From assembly GCF_036321535.1 (NCBI RefSeq), contig NC_087437.1:99450001-99514000 (forward strand): a stretch of DNA of 64,000 nucleotides. Direction: 5' to 3'. Below, one piece after another: positions 1 to 12,700 of this stretch (the first letter of the stretch is position 1; each line of letters opens with the position of its first letter). This stretch comes from Camelus dromedarius. Its lineage: Eukaryota. Position numbers and translations under genes: made by a program. The notes below the pieces were generated by a model. It ran no database searches. It was given only the letters and a program-made list of their open reading frames with translations, and had not been told where the DNA came from.

Positions 1-599
1 AAACAGTTTTTCCTTTTGGTGCAAATGCTCATAAACTCAGAATTTTTATAGTAACAATAATATATTCTTTTTTTCTTTTACTGAGCTGAAAGTAATTAAT
101 GTTTATGCTGGATTAAGCTTTTGTTGATCAGATATACTTATTAAATCAGATGAAATAGGTATGATAAGAACCCTTTTTTTATTGAGTTAGATGACCCTTG
201 TTAGTAACACACTTACATCTAATATTTATATATTACCATTGCTGTTTCAAACCATGTATCTTAATGCTCCATGTTTATATTAAACTATTTTGCTCAGCCA
301 TATGTTTTCTTCTGAAGTGGACATACATCATATGCAATGGACTAGAGGAAATATTTTGCCTTTACTCATGATTCATTAGAATAATTTAAAATATTTGTCT
401 TGGCAAAATTATCAACCAATGCGTTAATAAAGTGTTATTTTAAAGTAACAGATTTACCTCCTCCACTGACATCAAGATATACTTTTTTGTTTATAACATT
501 TCTTGCCCGAAGACAGCTGATACAAAAATATACTTAATAAAGATAGCCTCAAAAATAAAACACAGGAAAACAATGTTAAATTAAAAACAGCCAGTGAAT

Positions 600-820
600 T
601 TAAGTATATGTTATGTGTGTTCACATACAAATACATACACATAGAGATTATATGGGTATGTAATAATATATCATTATGTAATTTATAGATATGTAATTAT
701 ATGTTATGTAGGTATATAATAATATATAATAGATCTAAATAAATTATATAAATATATATAAGTAAATTGTGTGACTATATGCAAAAATTTAAATCTATAT
801 AATTATATAGATATGTAATT
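600..820. repeat. AT-rich low-complexity / degenerate (TA)-rich tract
   Basis: Recurrent 'atatgtaattata' and 'tatagatatgtaatt' motifs; very few C residues. Confidence 0.7.
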
Positions 821-1339
821 GTAAAAGCAATATGTTGCAAAACTCAAAACAGATTTGCTGAAAAGAAGTTGCTAACCCTTTCCCCACCTTGGTCCCCTCC
901 CCGTCTCTGAGGTAGCCTATGTCACAGTTGGTATGTGACTCTCTGCCTCACTCATGTGAGCTTCTATCTTCAGGCCCGGAAAGTGCAGATGCACATTTTT
1001 ATGTACTTTTTGTGTCAGAAGGGGTTTTTTTTTAATTGTTTATTTTTATAAACAAACTACCAAGAACATTGCTCTTCAGCTTGTTTTTCATAGCTGTCCC
1101 TTCAGGATAATATACGTAATATTCCTTATTATGGCAGATGAACTTCTATTTAAAGAAAACAAAAATCTGAATGAGTGCCCTCCTCCTATCACAGCCCCAG
1201 GTTAGAAGGCACAGATACTGCCCCGAGCAGCAAATCTCAGTGATGTTTTAAGTCCAGAACAGACGGCCAGATGTAAATGACCCGAGGCCTGAGTTAGAGC
1301 AGGATATCAAGATTTAAGAAGTGAACAGTGGTGTCAAAT

Positions 1340-1750
1340 AATGTGAAAAATAAAAATAAAGTTGGGTGGGAGTCTAGGGGGAGGATTTCTTCTATTTTAG
1401 GCTGGAGAAGGCTCTTCTGAGTTGGTAGCATCTGAGGAGAGATTTGAAAAAGTGAAGGAGTACCCTTACCACACATTATCTGGGCAAGAGCGTCTCAGCC
1501 CAAGGGAAGAGCGAGTTCCCAAGGAGAGAACACTGTTTTTGGAGAGCACTGTCTCCAAGGACAGAGCGCGTATTTGAGCAAGACCAAAGCGGCCAGTATT
1601 GGTGGGGGAGAGTCATGTGAGCTCTTGTTGGCTATGTTAAGAATATTGGATTTTTTTCTAAGTCAAATGGGAAGTCATTTTGATCAGAAGTGTGAATTGA
1701 TTTACATTTTTGAGAATGTACTTTGCTCCGTAAAGAATAACCTGAGAGAA
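1340..1750 (-). mobile_element. LINE-2 (L2) fragment
   Basis: Typical antisense L2 motifs: 'gaaggctcttctgagttggtagcatctgag', 'ttggctatgttaagaatattggattttttt', 'aatgggaagtcatt', 'gatttacatttttgagaat'. Confidence 0.65.
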
Positions 1751-4024
1751 AAGTGGGAAATCAGTTGAACACATAGAGTACTTTGGAAGAGAAAACTGAC
1801 ATCCACTCAGTGCTTTTAAACAGAATGATTTGAATACCATGATGTTTGATTTATACTTTATTTAATATTCCCAGCAGAATAGAATAATATGTGTACAATC
1901 TTTAACACTATATTGGCATATAGTAATTTCTATGTAAGTACTGTTATCTTTACTGTTTTGGTCATCATTATCATCACCCTTGGCGTTATCAAAAGGCGTA
2001 ACAGATGACCTTAGGAAAAATCATAGTACCCTCAAATGTTTTTACAAGTGTAAGCTTCTATTCCTTGCTAAAAATCAAACATAAAAGATTCGGAAGCCTA
2101 CTACATCCCACATAGAATTGTTTAAAAATAGTATATGTAACATCTAATACTTTATTCATTCTGAAGTTACTTCATAAATTATGATCAAAGTTGAATTTAT
2201 AAAAATAACAGCTAAAACGAATCTATTTGCATTATTTCTATTTACATTTAAAAAATCAAGTCCTAATCAAGCTTTCCTCCTCTCATTTATATGAAAATTT
2301 GGTCTGAAAACCCAAATATGTACATCCATTTTAGGTTGACTCTTTTGAGCACCGGTTAATCCTGAGATAGAACTGTCTCCTGTGTATTGATGTTTTGTAC
2401 AATTATTTCAACATTCAGCCTAAATTAATACAGATGGCACACACATGCACACAACCTGCATAACATTAGCTGTACTCTTGAAATCCATGTCTTAGCATGT
2501 GGAGAGAAGCATATTGACAAAGATAGTATTTTTGTTTCTTTTTCAACTTGTTACTTATTTAGTTTCCTGAGGGCAGCTTTTTAACAAAGGGTTTGTAGAG
2601 TACACAGTTTTGTGTGGTTTTAAAATTTTTTGTGAGTAATTTGTTTGTTTTGCTTTTTTGAGTGGGCTTTGTTTTTATTTTTTAAGCCTAGCAGATTGAT
2701 GAATAGTGCTAATTTTAACTTGAGTTTCAAACACTGATTGATATTTTAAGACATACACCTTTGATATAACATAACAAACAAAAAGCAGACCACTAAGTCG
2801 AATAGAGAAATACTAGTGCAGATAAAATATTCCTGTTTTCTAATCTAAGTCTGGCAACGCAGTTTATATACTTTAGAAGCATACTTTGAATATATTCCAC
2901 ATTTCATACATTAAACTAGAAGGAAAACATATGGACCATACAAAATCATAAAAGGTATTAGTAATGCTCAGAAATATAAAATGACTCCCTGAGTATTTGT
3001 CTTTTAGTAAACATTTCCAGTTTAATGATATATAAACTTGCATATCTAAAGCCAAATCTGAAATAATCTAATGGTGAAATTCAATCTGGTCTCAGCTAAC
3101 TTACATATGATTAACTAATAAAAGTTGACACTGAGCTCATTTTGTATTTTAAATATAAAACATATGCTGCAAAAGTTAGTTTGACATATGTCAAACACCT
3201 TCAAAATGTATGTATCAATATTTACATAATATTCTTTCATAAATCTTTATGGAATGATGTTGAAATTAAATTACTGGTCTTTAGAAAGTCAGTATGACAA
3301 CAGCCAAGCAGAATTGAGATCTCAGACATAAAGACATAAGTTCCGGCCTATTTGCCTTTGGCCTAGCACCAAAGTGCCTTCTGAAAGATGTCACCGTCGA
3401 AAGCTGTTTGTGTGGCCTTTCCTTCTGCCACCAAGTGAGCATACATAGCTCAGCTGATGTCTAGAAGCTGTTAGATTGTGCAAGCAGAGACAAGTGTTCT
3501 GCTTTTGTTGCTAATAGTGTAAATTGCCATTGTGTAATGTCTAGATCTGGCCCTGGAAGAGAGTTTGGTCATCAGTACTCAATCTGGAGTGGGGGGAAAA
3601 AAGGACAGAGGAGGGGGTGAGAGAGGGAGACAGAGAGAAAGAAGGCAAAGGCTCAGCTGAGCCCCAGCGGGGAGGATGAATTAGCCTCTGTGCCAGGAAG
3701 CGTTAGACTCTGAGTACCCATCTTGTGCTGTGAATACATCCAGTGTCTAAATAGAAGTATTTTTCGTACTACGTAGTACCTTAAAGCAAACCAACTCTAG
3801 TCTTCTGGATGGCCAAAGGAACCAAATTTAAAAAGAAAAATAAAATGCCCTGCCTTTGTTAGACTATTCTAGAGACCCCAGGTGGATCTTCACACTGGCT
3901 CTTTCCTTAGGAGTTTTCAAGGATGTATTTGACTGGTCTTGTTTCTTGTTCTGTGTGGTTACTTAAAACCTAAGTCCCAGTAGAGGCAGCCTCACCCGGC
4001 TAGGAACACGGAAGCAGTCCAGAG

Positions 4025-4291
4025 CAGTGCTGTGCAAAGTGCTGTCTATTGAGAGGCCCTTCTAAGACCTGTCTGATACCAAACAGAAAGCATATAAGTG
4101 TAAAAATCGGCAGTAACCGTTAGAAAATTTTATAAAGATCTGACAGATTAATTTTGTGTCTGTAGACTCAAATAGTAGCATATGCATGTTTTAGTGTTTT
4201 TTAATTTAGTTTTTCTAGTTATTCATTTTTATTATCCATGACTGTTCGGGAAAAACAATCCTCTGGCTCTTCACCAGTTTGAGAAGCACTG
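4025..4291. mobile_element. hAT-Charlie-type non-autonomous DNA transposon (MITE)
   Basis: Imperfect terminal inverted repeats 'cagtgctgtgcaaa' (4025) and 'tttgagaagcactg' (ends 4291); flanks gtccagag / ggctagca loosely resemble the Charlie NTCTAGAN target. Confidence 0.5.
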
Positions 4292-5127
4292 GGCTAGCAC
4301 TTTAAGTTTAATATAGGTCATTACAGGACAAGTCCAAACAGTGGTAAAATCTATTGTATTTCTACTCCCTTGAAACATCAAGATTACAAAGAGGTTGCAT
4401 AATTATATCCCCAAAGGGATTTATGTTTTAATTAATAAACTTCTCCCTTTCTTTAAGATACTTGCTAAATATTTATGTGAAAGCATTCTGAATGCAAGAA
4501 GTCATATTTAAATACTAAATAGAATGTCAACAGAATCACATTTATAAAATCCTATTATCACTTTACTGTAAACCCATTCTCTCCTCATTGTTTTTGCTTA
4601 GCTTCTATAGTATGGCATTTGCATGTGATGTTTTAAAATATTTATTAGGAAAAAACTTAATAAAATATGAACCTATCAACCCAATATGTGATTTCTCATG
4701 AAAATCTTGAATTTCTGCATTTAGAAATTATACACGCATAGTTTTTGATAGAGAAAAAAATAGAAAAGTCTCCTTAAAAACTAGACTAACAAAATGATTT
4801 ATTGACAGTTATGCTAACAAAGTATCTTATTTTAGCAACTACCTGTCTATTTTCAAACGCTTATCAGCAGAAATTATTCATAATAGCTGATTCTTATAGC
4901 TAGGAGTAAGAGATATGCAAACAAGACTGCTTTTAATCTTGGAAAGCAAGCCTAACGAAATTTAAATATAGACATCAATAGAGAAAAGTGTTCTCTAATT
5001 TGTCACTAAGTCATTGCTCCCTATATTAAACCCAGCAATTCATGAAACTCTCACACAAAGAGTCATTGTTTGCTGTGCATGTGGCAAGCTGGCGGTTGCT
5101 TTATAAAATGTATTATTAAGTTGCCGT

Positions 5128-5146
5128 TACTGCCATCTAGTGGGAA
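5128..5146 (-). promoter_or_regulatory. Candidate CTCF binding site
   Basis: + strand 'tactgccatctagtggga' reads CCACTAGATGGCAGTA on the - strand, a close match to the CTCF core CCASYAGRKGGCRS; lies in non-repeat sequence. Confidence 0.6.
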
Positions 5147-5545
5147 GAAATGATCCATGGCACTGTGTCACGGATTGTATCTGAAGTCCTAAAGTTCTAG
5201 GAGCACAAGGGAAAACCACCTTTTGTGATTTGTGTGTATCCTAAGAAGTGAAGTAGCTGGAAGACACAATCTCATGGATATTGAAACATAATAGGCACCT
5301 ATTCATTGAATATATTAAAGAGGTTTGTGCAGAGAAACAATGGTGGGAAGGGATGCATGCATCTGTTAAGATTCATTTTGGAACCAAAATAAAATATAAA
5401 ATATTATTTCTCATTGAACACAGTAAGGAGACCTAAACCAGGGCATGTTTATTACTTGTACATACATTTTCTTTTTATCAGTTGGAATGTAAATTAATTG
5501 TTTAGCATATGCTCAATAAGTCTTAAAAATTAAGAAAGTTTAGTT

Positions 5546-5706
5546 AGTTCTCAAACTTTAAGGTACCTACCAAAGCAACTGGGAATCTTGTTACAATGCA
5601 GATTCATACTCTGTCGGCCTGGATTAGGGCCTGAGAGTCTGCATTCCTAACCGCCCTCAGTGATGCTCGTGTTACTGTTTATGATCAGGCTATACTTTGA
5701 GTAGTG
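5546..5706. mobile_element. MER5A-like hAT-Charlie element
   Basis: 'tagttctcaaactt...tcttgttacaatgcagattc...gggcctgagagtctgcattcctaac...gtgatgct...actttgagtag' follows MER5A architecture. Confidence 0.8.
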
Positions 5707-5998
5707 ATAGCCTTTGGGTAGTTTGTCAAAGGGAAAGAGTCCAGAAGTGAAGCCAACCGCCCATAGAGAACACTTCACTGTGTATTACCTTGTTGCAATG
5801 TAGTGCAGTAGCTCATTCAACAACCTGAAAAGTCAAATTGCCAAATTCATTTTTGCCTTTGTTGCTTATCTACTATGTATGTAACCTTGGGCAAATGCTT
5901 AACATCTCTATGCCTCTGTTTCATCATCTGTTAAATAAAAAGCAGTCATACTACCATCCCATGGTTTCATAAGGAATAAATGAGCTAAAACAAAAATC

Positions 5999-6075
5999 TT
6001 ATAATGAGCCATATGAAATTGCCATTTGTATAGATTAAAAACAAGCATCCAACAATTTTATGTAGTTAAACCTAA
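5999..6075. mobile_element. MADE2-like Tc1/mariner MITE (~77 bp)
   Basis: 'gagccatatgaaattgcc...caattttatgtagttaaacctaa' is a decayed palindrome matching recalled MADE2 termini (gaaccatatgaaattgcc / ggcaatttcatatggttcaacctaa). Confidence 0.65.
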
Positions 6076-6079
6076 ATGT

Positions 6080-6336
6080 TGCTTATCTATCTGTTAATCC
6101 CAAATTCCCCCCTCCTCATTTGGTAACAAGTTTGTTTTTTATGTCTAAGTCTGTTTCTGTTTTGCATATAGATAGATAAGCAACAGGGACTTACTGTTCA
6201 GCACAGGGAATTATATCCAATATCTTGTAATAGCCTATAATGGAATATAACCTGCAAAAAAATAACTGAATTACTATGATGTATACCTGAAATTTAGGCA
6301 ATATTGTAAATCAACTATACTTTAATTAAAAAAAAA
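6080..6336 (+). mobile_element. 5'-truncated, 5'-inverted LINE-1 3' end
   Basis: 6088-6168 is antisense L1 3'UTR ('ctgttaatcccaaattcc...gtctgtttctgttttg'); 6172-6336 is sense ('tagataagcaacaggg...tgtaaatcaactatacttt' + polyA); TSD ctaaatgt at 6072-6079 and 6337-6344. Confidence 0.8.
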
Positions 6337-6705
6337 CTAAATGTGTAAATTATGCAGCATAATGTCTAGCACCTAGTGGCCCATAAATATTAGTTCGTAT
6401 CACCAAAAGTGTTACAGGCTACATTTATAGGCATCTGACGATATTCACACCCTAAAACATTTCATTCAATGAGAAAATAACTTTGAAAGTTCCGTAAAAG
6501 AACCCTAACATAAATTTGTGAAAGATGTTTCCTTGAGGTTTTATCTAAGGATAAAATAAATAAGAAATTTGTGATTTATTCTGTAAAGAAAGCCAGTTAG
6601 GTATGGGAATCAGTAAGAATTGCTCTAGAAAAAGAAATATAGAGATCATTTACTTTGCCTTTGTGTACTGCCTAGAACCGAGCCTAGAATGGAAACTAAT
6701 GCACT

Positions 6706-7215
6706 TATTTTTAGAGCATTTTTAGGTTCACAGAAAAATGGGGAAGGTACAGAAATTTCCGGTATGCCCTCTGACCCCACACATGCATAGCCTTCCCCAT
6801 TTCAAACTTTTTCACCCAAATGGCACGTTTGTTGTAGTGACTACATTGCCACATCATTAGAAAACAAAGTACATTGTTTATATTAGTGTTTATTCTTGGT
6901 GGTGTACTTTCTGTCCACCATTATAGTATCAAATAGAATCGTTTCACTACATAAACATTCTCTGTGCTCTGCCTGTTCATTCCTCCCTCTCCCTTAACTC
7001 TTGGCAATCATTAATCTCTTTACTACCTTCACAGTGTTGCCTTTTTCAGAACGTCACATATGTAGTGGAGTCATACAGTATGTAGCCTTTTCAGAGGTCC
7101 CTTTATACGCAGTAATACACATTCAAGTTTTCTTCTTTTTTTATGATTTGATTGCTCTTTCTTTTTAGCACTGAATAATATTCCATTGCTTGGGTGTACC
7201 ACAGTTTATACATCT
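6706..7215 (-). mobile_element. L1MC1-like LINE-1 3' end
   Basis: 'ttttagagcatttttaggttcacagaaaaat...ggtacagaaatttcc...cccacacatgcatagcc' and 'gagtcatacagtatgtagccttttcaga' are characteristic L1MC 3'UTR antisense motifs. Confidence 0.8.
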
Positions 7216-8206
7216 GAGTAATGTATTTTTATTCAGCATCAAAATCATATTACGCAACACATGCATAAAGTGTGAGGAGATAAAAGGGCAAAGATTTAAT
7301 ATTTAATTTAAATTTAATAAGCCTGTTGTGGGGAAAATAGGTCATGAAAATGTCTATTATTAAGCAAATTATATTTTATGTATTTGAATCCTCTGTCATG
7401 TCTTTCTTATGCTATATTTTTGCATAATTTAATACACTATGTTACATTCCTTAATTGCATGCTGAATTGTAACAATATGTGATAAATTATTTATAAGGTT
7501 TGCTCCAAAAATAAAAGTTTTTAGCATTCTGACTGGATACAAAGACAATAACTTTCATCCATTTGGATGAAAAACAGTTCTGCTTTCTTTTGAGCAAAAT
7601 TATTGTCTTTGCTTATATGAATAGATATTTCCAAATTTTGATACTCAGGTTTTAAGCTTGGCCTGAAGTGTATTTATTTTTACTTTTATGAAGTATATGG
7701 TGAACTGCAGAGAAGCATGTAAAGAATTACAAAAATCTAAAATTTTAAATTATGGATCAGAGTCAGAGGAAGATGTTATTAACTTAAACTGATGTTAACA
7801 GGTATTTATTTATATATTACTATCAAGTGAAAGATAACATTTTAATTTTCTTTCTGAAAATTCCTCTTTTCTCTAAAATTTGAGAACTTGAAATCTTTTC
7901 TATATTTTAATGTATATCAAAGATTTAAACCAGTTTTATAATGAAAGTAATTTCTGTTACCATGGAGTTTAAAGACTAATGTTCCAAGTTGCAAAGGCAG
8001 TGGCAAGAAGAATGTAAACCAGTATAATCTGTTCAGTGTGGGCAGTCTAATGCAGTTAAAGAATAAAATTATTATACTGTATTTATTGGATGGTGAAATT
8101 CAAACTGATGGTATATAAAAGGATCAGAGAATTACTGAATTCTATTCTCCAAAGATGCAATACCAATATTCTGTTGTAGAAAAAAAAAAAGCCTAATATT
8201 CTGCCT

Positions 8207-8720
8207 ACAAACACAAAAGAATTGAAAGCAGGAACTTGGACAGGTATTAGTTTACATGTGTTCACAGCAGCATTATTCACAATAGCCAAAAGGTGGAAAC
8301 AACCCAAATGTTCATCACTGAATGTGGGGAAAAACAAAATGCAGTCTACAAATACGCTGGAATAGGCTTAGAAAGCACTAAAACTCTGACACATAGATGA
8401 TCCTTGAAGAAATTATGCTAAGTGAAATAGCTAGACCCAGAAGTGCAGATATTGCATGATTCCAATTGCCTGAGGTACCTAGAATAGTCAAATACATAAA
8501 TAGAAGACAGGAAGTAGAACAGTGGTTACTAGTGGCTGGAGGAATGGGGAAATGGGGAGTTACTGTTTAATGGCTACAGAATTTCAGTTTGGAATTATGA
8601 AAAAGTTCTGGAGAGAGTACAGTAGTGATGGTTGCACAACAATGTGAGTGTACTTCATGCCACTGAACTGTGTATGTAACACAACAAATTCTACATTATG
8701 TATATTTTAGCGCAATAAAA
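8207..8720 (+). mobile_element. L1MB-type LINE-1 3' end
   Basis: 'aaagaattgaaagcagg...gttcacagcagcattattcacaatagccaaaaggtggaaacaacccaaatg...gatggttgcacaacaatgtga...gccactgaactg...caataaaaa'. Confidence 0.85.
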
Positions 8721-8974
8721 ACATTCTAGAAAAGACTAACAAACTCCCAGGCATCGTAAAACATAAAAGTATTTTTAAGGAACCATACAATTAATCAAAA
8801 AACAAAAATAATTAGTCTATTCTCGTACTTGCTTGCCACATATTAAGAAATTTTTTTAAAAAGCAAGTGATTTGATGAACATACTGTTAGCTTTATCCAC
8901 AAAGGTCCACACTCTTCAGTCTGATAGGGTAAAGAATTACAGTGAATATAATCACACACCCTCCAATATGTGGA

Positions 8975-9142
8975 AAGTAAGGCAAGTGAGCATCTCTGTG
9001 CATCCCCTCAGGCAATGTTAATTAGCACTCAGGGTCTTAGTGTCTCTTTATAAAAATGGTAGTTGTGGGGAATATAGGAGAATTAAAGGCACCTATCACT
9101 ATCTTAGACACAGAGTAAGTTCTCAGTGATGGCTGGTTATTA
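8975..9142 (+). mobile_element. Degraded MIR fragment
   Basis: 'ggcaagtga...tataaaaatgg...acacagagtaagttctcagtgatggctggttattat' resembles MIR core and tail. Confidence 0.45.
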
Positions 9143-11854
9143 TCAGTTTTTGTTGTGATTGTTGTTGTTGCTGGAGCTTTCAAGATACAGAGATATAAAT
9201 TTGATACAAATAACAGAAAGTTCAATTAAATACTGTACTATAAACATGTGAACTATGGAGTCATAAAAATGAGCTTCAAGACCAAAATACAAATATGGTA
9301 AAATAGATTAGACACAGCTGTAAGTGCTAGAGGGTCACACCTTCCCTTGGCCCCTCAAGTACTATCAGAGGAGAATTAATATCACCAAATAATCTATGCA
9401 GGCATTTTCAGCTTACTAAGCACTTTCATATGTGACTTCATTTCATCTTCACATCAACCCCTCCAAAATTCCTATGACAAAATTTTAAAAATTCCTAAAG
9501 CAGAGATTGTGACTGACAAAGTCACAGAGTAATGACACTAGGTCCAAGTCTAGCCTCTTTCTTTATGCCCTGCTGTGTATCGTAGAGATCCTGGATCAAG
9601 TATTGGAAATCTTGTGTTTTCGTCACACTGGATTCTTACTTCATGAGTTCATTCAAGAAAAAAAAAAATGGTGACAAAGAATTCAGTAATTTACAACTCA
9701 CAGTTTCTTCAGACAGAAATTCTTGGACATAGGTGCTCAAATCAATTGATCGTCATACTTCTCTTTAGCAGCCTCAGTTTTGACAACCCTAAGGGGCAGA
9801 TACTCTAAATTTCACAGGAATTTAGATAGGATAATCTTATCCCTAAATCTTAAAAGAGTGTCAGGAATAAAGCTCGTAGCAAGAGTTGAACTGCAAGGCT
9901 CTTCCGGTGCTACCGTGGAGAGACTTAACCATGCTTACACAATTTTGAATATCCCCTTTTAAAATTTTTTCTATACATATATATTTTTTCCTCATATAAA
10001 TTTGTTTATGTAGTACATTCATTGCCTACCTTCTTATTCCAACTGCATAAATTTTAGTAGATTTTCTTTTGTTTCCATTGCTTTATGGAGGTACAGGCAG
10101 ATTTTCACTATCATGGCTCCTTCTAAAATTATGCATGTTTGGTCAGTGCCCTGGGCTAAAACTGATCATCAGCATTACTGCATTCTAGAAAATAAACTGG
10201 TTTGATTTTATGTGGAAACATTGTATAACTGGATTGCCATGTTAATATAACATGCTAGTGAGTGATGGTTTAAAGACCCCATTTGTTTTATACAGTTTAT
10301 TATATTTTGTTTTCATACTTCATTATAGGGTTAGAATTTTTTTTTTAGTATTGGTGTACAGAGGGCCTGTCATTTGTTTTATTAATTGCTACATGCCACT
10401 TGAAAGTTTATTAGTCCCCCAAAGAAAATGGCAACTACATTCTTTAAAAAGACCTGTGTAAAACCCAAATGACTTAACTTGCTTTTAGAATACTATATTT
10501 TCTAGATCGATGGTGTGAAAAAGCTCATGTGTACAGCAAACCTGTTTTAGGTAACAACTCCAGGGACTGGCAAAAATTGGCTGCCTAAGAAAGATGTATA
10601 GTTAACTAAAAATTGAACAAAAATTGTCCTTGAAATTTAGACGAGATTTAAAGCAGCTGTATAAATCATCAACAATTCTGTGTAGCTAGTTGATGCTGGA
10701 AAGAAAAATAATAAAAGACTAGCTTGAAAAATGGATGTTAAGAAAGATCTTAAAGAATAAAGCATGTGGGTAAAATTTAGTTCTTCATATTACTGATGTA
10801 AAATACTGCTAAATAGTTTGCTAAATATATGGCACTGGGGACAATAACAAGGTAAATGAACATGTTCTTGCTCAATAGGTTTTTAAATAATATATTTGTT
10901 GTATGAATGGTAAATGTTTATTGTACAAAATGGAAAATGTAGATACATAAGAAATTATTCACAATCCCAGTTTTGAATACAAGCTATGCACATTCTGGTA
11001 TATAACCTTTCATACATTTTTCTATTCATATATACATTTTATGTACATCCATTGGATTATTTTATAATTAACATTTTAAGCATATATTGTAGATAACTTT
11101 TCATTTCAATAGTTTTTGGTATTTGGGGGTACTGTTTTTTAATAAGCAATGTACTTAACATTTGAAAGTTTTAGCTCCTCATTTTGACTTTCTCAATCTG
11201 TTTGGAAATAATAGGAAATGGTATCCCAACTTGGTGTTTTCCTTGTAACTCCACACAAGCTCTTAGTGTGCAGTCCAGGTGATGGTGGGTGCAACCTTTG
11301 AGCGTAGTATCTGCGTCCCAGCTGTGGGGCCTTGGGCACATTCTAGAACCAGTATGGACAGATGAGATTCAGTGTGCTGGGGAGCTGAGACCATGCTGAG
11401 TTATAGAATGTACAGGAAAAGGCCAGATTCAGAAGCAAGGGAATAGGCCTAGAAAATACTTTTGATGTATGGAGAATGAGCTCAGGCAAAGGTATCAAAA
11501 ACTGGAGAAGCATTGTCAGACTAAGCTGGTGTTCATAAACTGGAGGATAATTAAAGACTAGGATCTAAGAAACTGTGAAATGGATAAGGGTCATAATAAT
11601 AAATTTTAAAATGACATACATTGACATATTTTAATTCTACTAATATTTATAAATCATGTGATACTTTTATACATTATCCTTAGCTTTAAACAGTTTATAA
11701 TCTACATGATGTAATAAAGCACATTGGTCAAGTGATATAGTACTAAGCAGTATATATGCCATGGGGTCCAAGAGTAGGTGCTCTAGGAAGTCATATAGTG
11801 CCAAAGGATATTTCTGACTTTAGTCTAGAAATCTATGCTGATGATAGCAGCTGA

Positions 11855-12287
11855 TATTGACAAGTATTTCATAGACTTTATCTAATTTTATCCTCACAAC
11901 AACACTGAGATAAGCTGTTATTATCAGGAAGACAGAGTGTACGGTGGTTACAGCTGCGGAGCCAGAATGTCTAGTATTGAATCCCAGCCACTTACTATTG
12001 TGGCTTTTGGCAATTTATTTAACTCTCTGTGTTTCAGTTTTCTCATCTATAGAAAAGAAATAATAACAGCTATCTCATAGAATTGTTGTAAAGACTATAT
12101 GTGTTAATAGGCATAAAGTACTTAGAATTAAACAGTAATAATGTTATTAGTTCCATTTTTGTGATTAAAAAATGAAAGTTTGGATAATTTATATAATATA
12201 CTCAAGTTATGCAGATAGTAAATGGTGGAGCCAGTGGGTAAAGTCCAGTTCTGCTCTCTTCTGAATCTGAGTTCTTAATTTAACCAC
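11855..12287 (-). mobile_element. MIR (antisense) hosting a nested sense MIR
   Basis: 'tttatcctcacaacaacactgagataag' at ~11887 continues at ~12150 as 'ccatttttgtgatt...ctcaagttatgcagatagtaaatggtggagccag'. Confidence 0.75.
11926..12149 (+). mobile_element. MIR SINE nested in an oppositely oriented MIR
   Basis: 'gtggtta...ggagccaga...gaatcccagccacttact...tttaactctctgtgtttcagttttctcatctata...taaagtacttagaa'; flanked by tgttatta on both sides. Confidence 0.8.
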
Positions 12288-12299
12288 TTTGAGGCTTCA

Positions 12300-12700
12300 A
12301 ACTTTAAGCATGAAAAGAATGAGTCAAAGATAAGAATTTTGATCATGGCTGACTGGAATCATTAGTGAAATAGGGCAAGACTATGAAAGGTTTTTTTGTT
12401 GCTATTGTTGTTTTTGGAAGGAGGAAATGTTCAATTTGAAATGTCTTGAATTGGAACTAGTGCTAAGGCATTCAGGGTGAAATGTGTAACTGTTAGCTAG
12501 AAATCCTGGACTAGACTCTGGACTAAGTAGGAGTGGAGGCTGAGACTAGGGAGAAATATCTACGTGGAGTTAACAGTGAATGCTGTGAGAGTCGAAAAGA
12601 TTGTCAGGGAGATAATATTTAAAAAGCAAAAAATAAAACGAGAAGGCCAACGTCAGAAGTCACTGACTTTTTAATCATGGAGAAGAGAAGCTACTCAAGG
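12300..12700 (-). mobile_element. L2 fragment
   Basis: 'gagtcaaagat', 'gttcaatttgaaatgtcttgaattgga', 'gggtgaaatgt', 'gagattgtcagggaga'-like antisense L2 motifs. Confidence 0.55.

Larger units (their letters stand above)
5800..6395 (+). mobile_element. MIR SINE interrupted by MADE2 and an L1 fragment
   Basis: MIR core 'gtaaccttgggcaaatgcttaacatctctatgcctctgtttcatcatctgttaaat' at 5881-5936; MIR tail resumes at ~6341 'atgtgtaaa...gcacctagtggcccataaatattag'. Confidence 0.8.

Noticed and set aside
6366..6381. CTCF-like 'gcacctagtggc'
   Set aside because: Lies in a MIR tail and lacks the GGC end of the core.
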